From contig JAUWTD010000002.1 in assembly GCA_030609775.1 (NCBI GenBank), positions 1 through 53,365 on the forward strand: DNA of 53,365 bases. Direction: 5' to 3'. The notes under the pieces were generated by a model, which was not told the origin of the DNA, made no database searches, and saw nothing but the letters and a program-made list of their open reading frames with translations. A program made the position numbers and the translations under genes. This document shows, piece by piece, positions 17,984 through 25,721 of the stretch (positions are counted from its first letter, which is position 1; every line of letters begins with the position of its first letter). The stretch comes from Candidatus Altiarchaeota archaeon. GTDB lineage: Archaea > Altiarchaeota > Altiarchaeia > IMC4 > QMZM01.

Positions 17984-20776
17984 ATGAACACAAAAAATAA
18001 ATTACTTTACCTGACTGCCCTATACCTTATAATATCATTTACTTCAGCAATCCCCATAGAGCCTGATTCAGGAACTACCCTATTCCCCACACAAAACTCT
18101 GATTTAACATCCCCTAATCTCCCACTATTAACTCCTTTTTCCATTGCAACAACAGTTGCAACTGCTGGAGCAATGTTTTTCTTAATGAACCTTAAAACCG
18201 ACTCAACGACTTATCTTATCGGCCCCAAAGGCAGAGAACTCTACTTGAAATCCTCTTCCAATGAATGGACTGAAACCTCATTTTCAAACAACAAAGATTA
18301 CCTTAACTATCTCCACTCTATGATAAACAAATCCGAATCAGACCGAATCCCTGTCCGAAACCCTGAAGGGGTCTGGGTTTTATGTCCCACAGTCAATGTG
18401 AAAAAATATCTGTCTATGACTAATTCAGCAAGAAAGAGACTAAAAGAACTTGAAAAACAAAAAAATATTTATCTAACCCAGTTCATCTGTGCAAGAAAGA
18501 GAAGCCGCAATTCATGGTCGACGAGATGCGCAGCGAACGCATATGATAACACAGTATCTGAAATAAAAAGTGTGAAAGAAACCCTGAATATATTAGATTC
18601 ATGGACTAACAATCTCCCACTCCTCAAACTTAATACCGACTACGGCTTCATGTTCAATGAAAGAACCTATTCGTTCTCTAATGGAGTCATGAAAGGCATT
18701 TCACCGCAAGACGCCTACCGTCGCTTCAGAACTAAAGCAGAAGAAGCATATAATGAATTCAGAACATCAATGAAAAACACCCTCACATCTCTTAAAAAGA
18801 ACATAAAAACACTTGGCTGGGGGTTTGTCAACTTTTCTATAAATGCTTTGGAGTGCACATACTTCTCCTTCCGAAAGAAACTCAACGGGCTGAGAAACAT
18901 ATACGAAAAAGACCGAAATGGTCGGAATGGTTCATGGAAAAGATACCACACCAAGCTTTATGAAAACTATTTCACAGATTTCCGGGATAACTCAAAAAAA
19001 ATCTATGCGGAATATACTTCAAGCATCAATAAACAAGCATTCAAAATCTTAGTTCCTGAGAACGTGAAACTTGAAATAGATCTAAAAAAACGCGAAGCCT
19101 TAGAAAAAGAGAAACTCGATATGAGATCCAAGAAACGCCGTTGGAGCCATCAGCTCCGAGATAAAGCAAGACGCCTCCATAGGAATCTATTAAAAGACTA
19201 TAAGAGAGTCTATGACCTGAATCTGTTTAAGAAATTCAAGGAGAAAATAGATGACTGGTGTGATAAAGCCCTTAAAGATGCATGGAAGATGAAATGGCAA
19301 CGCACCCTTAATAAAGCTGAAACCAAATGCAAGAACATTGATCAATTCATCACAGAAGGCTTCTATAGCTTTAAGAACCTGATTCACCAAAAAGCCGTAG
19401 CAGAGATAACAAATCAATTCAATAAACCTAAAGAAGAAATTAAAGCAGCTGCTGGAGACTACAAAAAAACCATCCAAGAGCAGCAACATTCCACAGCAAA
19501 CACTGAAGGGGTTATAGTTTCACCTCATGAAACCCAGCCACCTGATCCTGTAGGCGACCTTGCCCAAGATACAACCCCTTCACAATCATTATCCAATAAC
19601 ATGAATCCATCCATACTTTATACCACAGTTACTCCAACAACCACCGGATCACAGAATAGTTTTTTCGGAGGCGTTTGGCAGTGGCTGACTGAAGAACAAG
19701 ACCGAACCCATGTAAAAGGCAGTGATTTATTCAGATGGGCCGGCAGCAACTCACTTGGACGAGGTGCATTGGATCTGCTTTTGGGCATATATGTAAAAGA
19801 AGATGGTAAGGTTACAACAACCCGCATAGATACTATTATGAACGCAACCATCATAGCAGGCCCTATACTAAGAGGAACGGCGGCAGGATCCCGTCTATTA
19901 ACTCGACTGGGACGAAGTTTCAAACGAAGCTGCGAAACCGCAAAATCCCTTAATTTAAGCAGTAAATTATCCCGACTAAAAACCTTCATAGATGATGCCC
20001 TACTCTTCACTAAACGAACCAAAGAATCTCTAAAACAACCCCTCACAAAAATAAAAAATACAACCAACTCAAAATTCCCCACCCTAAACAATAAAATAGA
20101 CGATGCAATAAAATTCACAAACAACACATCCGATTTCATTGGGCGTAATTTGAAGGTTGTAAGATCACAATTTGATTGGATAAGTGATATCTCTTCAAAG
20201 ATTGATAATGTGATAGACTTAGCGATAAAGCCTTATGGTGTTGATCAGTTTTTGGGTGTGGCCCGGAAGAATAATAGTGTTACAAGGTATTTGTCTAATT
20301 TCGGTAGGTTGCGGAATATTGATTTTCTTTATGGTGGTCGTAATGCGAGTTATACTAGGTTTGGGTTTTCTGGGTTGTTTAAAGCAAATGTAGGGCGTTT
20401 GTTTGATGCTCTTATTGATGCGGGCAGGGTTGTGGGTGGGAAGATTCCTAAACCTGTTAGGAATGAGATAACCGATTTTTTTTCTGGGATTGGGTTGACC
20501 AATGTCCATAAAAAAAAGATATATAATGTTTTAAAGGGTTTCGATGATGCTGGGACTTTACGGTCTGTGATTTATGGTAATGAGGTTCTTGATGCTGCAA
20601 AGTCTAACGTGGAGCAGATAGATAGTACCTACGCTGACTTAAAGGCGGAATTTGAGGAAAATATGCAAGAGGTAAGTGAAGATCTCATAGTTAATATGGA
20701 GAAAACATATGATAATTCATTAATTAAGGTCCAAAAAATACTTAAAAAACTGCCGTTGGTTGGGGGTCTTTTATAG
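17984..20776 (+). CDS. Large exported or membrane-anchored ORFan protein (930 aa), compositionally chimeric
   Basis: Signal/anchor LLYLTALYLIISFTSAI, a long K/R/E-rich helical region, a T/P/S/Q-rich linker, and a C-terminal region. Codon usage flips at about 20,140. No family recognised. Confidence 0.7.
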   Translation: MNTKNKLLYLTALYLIISFTSAIPIEPDSGTTLFPTQNSDLTSPNLPLLTPFSIATTVATAGAMFFLMNLKTDSTTYLIGPKGRELYLKSSSNEWTETSFSNNKDYLNYLHSMINKSESDRIPVRNPEGVWVLCPTVNVKKYLSMTNSARKRLKELEKQKNIYLTQFICARKRSRNSWSTRCAANAYDNTVSEIKSVKETLNILDSWTNNLPLLKLNTDYGFMFNERTYSFSNGVMKGISPQDAYRRFRTKAEEAYNEFRTSMKNTLTSLKKNIKTLGWGFVNFSINALECTYFSFRKKLNGLRNIYEKDRNGRNGSWKRYHTKLYENYFTDFRDNSKKIYAEYTSSINKQAFKILVPENVKLEIDLKKREALEKEKLDMRSKKRRWSHQLRDKARRLHRNLLKDYKRVYDLNLFKKFKEKIDDWCDKALKDAWKMKWQRTLNKAETKCKNIDQFITEGFYSFKNLIHQKAVAEITNQFNKPKEEIKAAAGDYKKTIQEQQHSTANTEGVIVSPHETQPPDPVGDLAQDTTPSQSLSNNMNPSILYTTVTPTTTGSQNSFFGGVWQWLTEEQDRTHVKGSDLFRWAGSNSLGRGALDLLLGIYVKEDGKVTTTRIDTIMNATIIAGPILRGTAAGSRLLTRLGRSFKRSCETAKSLNLSSKLSRLKTFIDDALLFTKRTKESLKQPLTKIKNTTNSKFPTLNNKIDDAIKFTNNTSDFIGRNLKVVRSQFDWISDISSKIDNVIDLAIKPYGVDQFLGVARKNNSVTRYLSNFGRLRNIDFLYGGRNASYTRFGFSGLFKANVGRLFDALIDAGRVVGGKIPKPVRNEITDFFSGIGLTNVHKKKIYNVLKGFDDAGTLRSVIYGNEVLDAAKSNVEQIDSTYADLKAEFEENMQEVSEDLIVNMEKTYDNSLIKVQKILKKLPLVGGLL

Positions 20777-20801
20777 AATAATTAATAGGTGTCCCCCCCA
20801 A

Positions 20802-21563
20802 ATGAATGAAATCAATCATATCCTAGAAGAGATCAATGCACTGAAATATTCGGAAAACTACCGAAGATTATATGACGCAATCAAATCTAACACGATTCCG
20901 ATAGAAGACTGCAGCAGCTGGGGTATGAAACAACCACGTATGATTATAGAACTTACTCTGCTAACGAGAGGAAGGTTGAATCACATATTTTCTAGAGATA
21001 CAATAAAATACAAACATGTTAAATCTCTATTATCTCTGCTCATTTATCTATATTATGTTTATAAACCCCAGAAACTTGATATTGCTGATGTAAAAAAGAT
21101 TTTTAACATTTATGATAGGGTCCTACTCTATTCTGATGATTTTGATAAGTGTTTTGAGACTTCTGCTCCAACTATCTGTTTTTATAAAAAATTGAAGTGT
21201 TTGAACTGGACTAAAGAATCTACTTATCTAAGAAAAAAGTTTTTTAGGAAGATACAAAAAGAAATCAACTATCCTTTGGAGGGCTTGGGCACTGAGCTGG
21301 ATTTTATGGTTAAGGGTGCAACTGAATACATCATAGCCTCATCTGCAGTTCAGAATGATCGGGTTGAAATAGTGGACTTAGATGTTTTTAATGGATATAC
21401 TACTTTTTTCAAACTCCTTAAACAAGATATAACTAAAATTGGTGTTGTTGTGGATAGGTCTGATGAGGAACTTAACCGTATTTTTGAGGAGATGGGGTAT
21501 TGTGGGGGTGTTTCTTATACTGTTCTTTTGGATGCTATGAGAGATATAAGTGGGGTTGAGTGA
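20802..21563 (+). CDS. Hypothetical protein (253 aa)
   Basis: ATG 20802 lies 26 nt after the 930-aa stop, with AGGTG 11-15 nt upstream. The track start at 20760 is TTG. No family recognised. Confidence 0.6.
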   Translation: MNEINHILEEINALKYSENYRRLYDAIKSNTIPIEDCSSWGMKQPRMIIELTLLTRGRLNHIFSRDTIKYKHVKSLLSLLIYLYYVYKPQKLDIADVKKIFNIYDRVLLYSDDFDKCFETSAPTICFYKKLKCLNWTKESTYLRKKFFRKIQKEINYPLEGLGTELDFMVKGATEYIIASSAVQNDRVEIVDLDVFNGYTTFFKLLKQDITKIGVVVDRSDEELNRIFEEMGYCGGVSYTVLLDAMRDISGVE

Positions 21564-21570
21564 TCTAGAT

Positions 21571-21912
21571 ATGAGTTCTACTGTTCTTATGTTTTTTGAG
21601 CTTATGATTTTTTGGTTTACTGCAGTTTATACGCTTTATGTTATATCCAAGTACCTTAAACTTGGACGGCATGATTTTCGGACGGCGTTTGTTACAGGGT
21701 TTATTGGTTTAGTTGTGAGTTTGATGGCATCTTTTTTGTTTTCTGGTCCATCACTGCGTTTTATTCTGTTGGTTTCCTATATCTGCCTGATAAAATCAAT
21801 TTACGGATGTGGTTGGAGAACTTCATTACAGGTTCTGGTAAGAACTGCTTTCTTCAGTGCTTTTATCGCGATTCCACTTATACTCCTACTCTATTTTTTG
21901 CTTGGAGTCTAA
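21571..21912 (+). CDS. Small membrane protein (113 aa, 3-4 predicted helices)
   Basis: ATG 21571 lies 8 nt after the previous stop. Hydrophobic stretches include VLMFFELMIFWFTAVYTLYVI, FVTGFIGLVVSLMASFLF and FFSAFIAIPLILLLYFLL. Confidence 0.55.
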   Translation: MSSTVLMFFELMIFWFTAVYTLYVISKYLKLGRHDFRTAFVTGFIGLVVSLMASFLFSGPSLRFILLVSYICLIKSIYGCGWRTSLQVLVRTAFFSAFIAIPLILLLYFLLGV

Positions 21913-22070
21913 TCAATGTTTCTGTTCTCCTAGATGTTATGTGGTCAATGAATTACCTCTACTTTTTTGAACTAAAGATAGTATAAATAGTGATACTACT
22001 GTTTACTATACCTGTTTTTATACTTCTTTATGCATAATGCATTAATATGGGGCATCTGTAGGTGATTAAT

Positions 22071-22214
22071 ATGGAAAACAAAAAAATAGTGGTTGAAGGA
22101 GTGTTCATCCCTACCAAAACTTGGAACGGGACGATGGACATTATTTTGGTTCCTGAGAATGATTTGCCGTTCAAGGATGGTCAGATAGTGAAGATCACTA
22201 TAGACTCTAAATAA
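22071..22214 (+). CDS. 47-aa DUF104-like small protein (possible orphan antitoxin)
   Basis: GGTGA sits 8 nt upstream of ATG 22071. The product is MENKKIVVEGVFIPTKTWNGTMDIILVPENDLPFKDGQIVKITIDSK. The pattern GVF.P...L.E.DLPFKDG..VKI.I resembles archaeal DUF104 proteins. A T-run follows the stop. Confidence 0.35.
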   Translation: MENKKIVVEGVFIPTKTWNGTMDIILVPENDLPFKDGQIVKITIDSK

Positions 22215-22334
22215 CTGCATCCCCCCTATTATATCTGTTGGGGACCTTTTTTTTTATTTTTTATTTATTCATATCTGAATAAAATTCGCTTGATAGTATT
22301 TATATTCGAATAAGTAATACCTTACTGATTTAAG

Positions 22335-23144
22335 ATGGTCGCTTTGAACGAGAGATGTCCTACAGGTATTCCTGGTTTGGATGATTTACTTGGTGGCGGA
22401 TTTCCAAGAGATAGGACAATACTGCTGTCTGGATCCTGCGGTACAGGTAAATCAACGTTTGCGGTGCAATTTCTCTACAACGGCATTATAAAATATGATG
22501 AACCTGGGATTCTGATAAGTTTAGAGCAAGATCCCAAGGAACTGAAGCAGGATATGTTGATGTATGACTTCGATTTACAAAAATGCGAGGATGAAGGTAA
22601 ATTAGTTATAATTGATGCGAGTCTTTCGAGGATGAGCTTTAAAGCCCCTCGAAAATCCTTAACTGCGGCGGTTCCTACGTTAGGTCAGCCTGCGGGCAGT
22701 ATGTCTCTGCTACCTGATGAATTCAATATGGATCGGATCCTTGAGATTGTTATCAGCAAGGCGAAGAGAATAGGTGCGAGGAGGATAGTCCTTGATAGCC
22801 TCCCTGCACTTGATTTCTTAGTGAAAGAGAGGACCACTGAGCTTGCACATGTGACAAGACAGCTTATATTATCTATGAACTACAGGTTAAAGATGGAGGG
22901 TATGACCTCTGTACTTCTCACAGAAACCCAGGAGGAGGATGGACGGATTTCAGCTCACGGCGTGGAAAGCTATGTGGTGGATGGAGCCATTGTACTATCA
23001 ATAAATGAGGCTCTGGATACTAGGACCTTGAGGATAAGAAAGATGCGTCAAACCAAGCATAGCTTGAAGCCAAGAAATTTTGATATTACTCCTAGAGGGA
23101 TTGTTGTCAAAAGCATAGAAAAAGAAGCTAGCCCACTTTTCTAA
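22335..23144 (+). CDS. KaiC-like / RecA-superfamily ATPase (single domain)
   Basis: GIPGLDDLLGGGFPRDRTILLSGSCGTGKSTFAVQF (Walker A), RRIVLDSL (Walker B), and a typical about 270-aa archaeal KaiC-like length. Confidence 0.85.
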   Translation: MVALNERCPTGIPGLDDLLGGGFPRDRTILLSGSCGTGKSTFAVQFLYNGIIKYDEPGILISLEQDPKELKQDMLMYDFDLQKCEDEGKLVIIDASLSRMSFKAPRKSLTAAVPTLGQPAGSMSLLPDEFNMDRILEIVISKAKRIGARRIVLDSLPALDFLVKERTTELAHVTRQLILSMNYRLKMEGMTSVLLTETQEEDGRISAHGVESYVVDGAIVLSINEALDTRTLRIRKMRQTKHSLKPRNFDITPRGIVVKSIEKEASPLF

Positions 23145-23150
23145 TGGAAA

Positions 23151-23534
23151 ATGCCATCCCGAGAAGATCAGATTATGACGGTTTTAAGCGGTGATTTACA
23201 GCCTTTAGAAGATATACATGCTTGCATGGTTGTGCGAAAAAATCTTGAAGGTATTGCTCCAATAACTGAAGACTTCAAAAAAGAGATCGTTGAAATTTGG
23301 GGCATACTAAAGAAAACAATGGACGAATTCTTCGGAGTCATAGCCCGTTATTCTGAGTTTGGCCTTAATAAAGTATACTTTGAACTAGGTAAATATGATG
23401 TCATGTTTTTCATTCTTCCTGCAACAGACACAGCACTAGTTGCTATAATCCCGGCTTTAGCGAACAGAGGCCTCCTTGAAGTAGAAATGGAGAATGCAAG
23501 AAGAAAAATAATACACATTATCGAATCCGGTTAG
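23151..23534 (+). CDS. Roadblock/LC7 (MglB-like) domain protein
   Basis: Begins 6 nt after the KaiC-like stop. The profile ...ACMVVRKNLEGIAP...LNKVYFELGKYDVMFFILPATDTALVAIIPALANRGLLEVEMENARRKI matches the Roadblock pattern (..lvvv....aNlGl...em..a...i). Confidence 0.6.
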   Translation: MPSREDQIMTVLSGDLQPLEDIHACMVVRKNLEGIAPITEDFKKEIVEIWGILKKTMDEFFGVIARYSEFGLNKVYFELGKYDVMFFILPATDTALVAIIPALANRGLLEVEMENARRKIIHIIESG

Positions 23535-23578
23535 TCTTACCTGTTTAACCTTTTTAGGACATAATAGCAGGCACTAAA

Positions 23579-24268
23579 ATGCTGGAATTCCCCTACATCC
23601 TCATAGGATATGCCCTGCTGGGCGCTGGAATAAAATATGCAGACCAAGCATATGATATAGGGGTATTCAACAAAAGAAAAGCCAACATTGTAGCAGTGCT
23701 CACCGCGATTCTTATGGTCCTTTTAATAGTTTTTGATTCACCCTCAACAATAATCCTTCTCTCAATACTTTTTACAGTAGCAATAACAAAGAAAATCGAT
23801 AATATAGCGTTCTACATAGGAACAGGAATACTATTACTTATCCTCTTAACTGCGATGTTTTTAGGTATAGGAGATCAAAATGTTAGTCTGATGTGGCTTC
23901 CTTTCAGTGTTCTATTATTCTCCGGCATCATTGATGAAATAGGGAACGACTGGTCTGATGTTAGATGTAAAAAGAAACGAATGTATAACCTTAAAAATAA
24001 TTTGAGGAACAATTTTGATAACTCTCCTATAAAAGAATTCCTTGAAGTGTTTTTTGCACACCGTTGGACGCTGAAACTTACCTTATTTCTTCTTACGGTC
24101 ACAACTTTTTTTCCCTACCTATATCTAATAGCATTCATTCTGTTTGATTTAACATACGCCCTTGTTGAATGGTATAGCTTCAACATCAAAACATATCACC
24201 TTTCAAATCCATTGATGGCTGTTAAAAACCACTTTAATACATCAATTAGTCCTATCTTAGATGATTAA
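23579..24268 (+). CDS. Polytopic membrane protein (about 6 helices), no family recognised
   Basis: Several hydrophobic helices, with a basic loop (RCKKKRMYNLKNNLRNNF) in the middle. Lies in the same operon-like string as the KaiC-like and Roadblock genes. Confidence 0.6.
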   Translation: MLEFPYILIGYALLGAGIKYADQAYDIGVFNKRKANIVAVLTAILMVLLIVFDSPSTIILLSILFTVAITKKIDNIAFYIGTGILLLILLTAMFLGIGDQNVSLMWLPFSVLLFSGIIDEIGNDWSDVRCKKKRMYNLKNNLRNNFDNSPIKEFLEVFFAHRWTLKLTLFLLTVTTFFPYLYLIAFILFDLTYALVEWYSFNIKTYHLSNPLMAVKNHFNTSISPILDD

Positions 24269-24341
24269 CTAAACAAAACAGTTTTTATCTTGAATGAGGT
24301 AATAACTTACTAATTGCTATCTCTTCTTACATCTGAATAAA

Positions 24342-25712
24342 ATGACAGAGTTGACCATAACTCAGGCAACCGAACCTAAAAAGATTCCCTCAGAATGGGA
24401 TTCAATTAAAAATAACATAAACGAAATTTCATCAAAATCCAAATTCAAATCAGCAGTAGGCCTATCACGACAATGGGATGCTCGTAAAGCCGGCAGAGAA
24501 GTCGCAGCTACAACACTGGAAAAATTAGGTAAAAAACCTGATTTCTTCATCCTATTCAGCACAATACACTACAAAGATCACGGAGGCTTCAAAGAATTCC
24601 TCAAAGGAGTCTGGGAAATCCTACCCAAAGGAACACCACTAATGGGCGGAACTGTTGCAGGATTCACAAACAATTACGGGTGCTTCACTAGAGGAGCAAC
24701 AGCTATAGCTGTATCCTACCCCCATATGGACGTATCTATTGGTGTTGGAAGAGATACAAGAAAAAATCCAAAAAAGGCAGCTAAAGAGTTGTCTAGATCT
24801 ATTAAAATCCTTCAAAATAAGTCTACTCATAATAGTTCCTTCCTATTTTGCAGTCTTCCTGGTGGAACTATTCCTCAATTTTTTGGATTTGGCAGACAAA
24901 AAGTTATGAAATCAGGCATTATCAGTAAACTTTCTTTATGGTTGCTAGATCTGTCTATACGCTTGATGCAAATGGGTCCTGGACGAGAAGATGAAATATT
25001 TGAAGAGTTAGGACATCAGTTAGCTGAGTGGCATATCTTAGGTGGTAGTGCTATGGATGATCTTACACAAAAACGATCTTATCAATTTTTCGGTAATGAA
25101 ATATGTTCTACGGATCTCGTTGGTTTAGGCATTAAAACCAACTTAAAGTGTGATATAGTTACAAAATATGGTTTAACGAGAACTGGAATCAAAATGCATA
25201 TAACAAAGAAAGGATTACGAAATTGTGTTATTAAAGAAATAGACGGTAAACCTGCCACAAAAGAATTTCTTAGTAGACTTGGATGGCCAGAAGATTTTTT
25301 AGATGATCGATTATATACTAAAACATTTTATTATCCTCTTGGATATACATATAAAGGTATATTGAGACCAGAGATTATTGGTGCATTTTTAGGAGATAAT
25401 ATCGCCTGTGGATATAGTATTAAAACAGATGATATAGAAATACTGTCTGCATCTGGAGTTTCACTTATTCAGGCAATGAAAGAATGTGCTGATGAAATAG
25501 TTAGAAATAAACCTAAAATTATTCTAGGTGTAGCTTGTGCAACACAATTAGAAACACTTGGAAGTGAGATATACCACGCATATGATCAATTCAAACATTA
25601 TTTCCAAGATACTCCTTTTATGATAGTTTACTGTGCTGGAGAGGGAAGTTATGATCCTAAGTCCCCACCAAAACAATTATATGATAGCATTAATTTATCC
25701 TGTTTGTATTGA
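24342..25712 (+). CDS. FIST (FIST_N + FIST_C) sensory-domain protein
   Basis: PDFFILFSTIHY...LPKGTPLMGGTVAGF...GATAIAVSY is FIST_N-like. YYPLGYTY...ACGYSIKTDDIEILSAS...FMIVYCAGEGSY is FIST_C-like. Confidence 0.7.
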   Translation: MTELTITQATEPKKIPSEWDSIKNNINEISSKSKFKSAVGLSRQWDARKAGREVAATTLEKLGKKPDFFILFSTIHYKDHGGFKEFLKGVWEILPKGTPLMGGTVAGFTNNYGCFTRGATAIAVSYPHMDVSIGVGRDTRKNPKKAAKELSRSIKILQNKSTHNSSFLFCSLPGGTIPQFFGFGRQKVMKSGIISKLSLWLLDLSIRLMQMGPGREDEIFEELGHQLAEWHILGGSAMDDLTQKRSYQFFGNEICSTDLVGLGIKTNLKCDIVTKYGLTRTGIKMHITKKGLRNCVIKEIDGKPATKEFLSRLGWPEDFLDDRLYTKTFYYPLGYTYKGILRPEIIGAFLGDNIACGYSIKTDDIEILSASGVSLIQAMKECADEIVRNKPKIILGVACATQLETLGSEIYHAYDQFKHYFQDTPFMIVYCAGEGSYDPKSPPKQLYDSINLSCLY

Positions 25713-25721
25713 TTTCCGTTA

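Noticed and set aside
20100-20180. A replication origin at the abrupt skew switch near 20,140.
   Set aside because: The polarity (C/A-rich to G/T-rich on the + strand) would fit an origin. However, the switch lies inside an ORF. There are no ORB-like repeats, no AT-rich unwinding element and no orc1/cdc6 gene nearby. The + strand also returns to A/C-rich by about 29.5 kb.
21996-22220. A 74-aa minus-strand ORF.
   Set aside because: It has no motifs and an odd composition. The + strand 47-aa DUF104-like ORF within it has a Shine-Dalgarno-like GGTGA and a T-run terminator. The choice between the two remains uncertain.
22273-24343. An identical 13-mer, ATCTGAATAAAAT, upstream of the KaiC-like gene (22273-22285) and at the FIST1 start (24331-24343).
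   Set aside because: It is an AT-rich 13-mer. Chance matches of this length are expected in a 53-kb AT-rich window, and there is no extended similarity around either copy.
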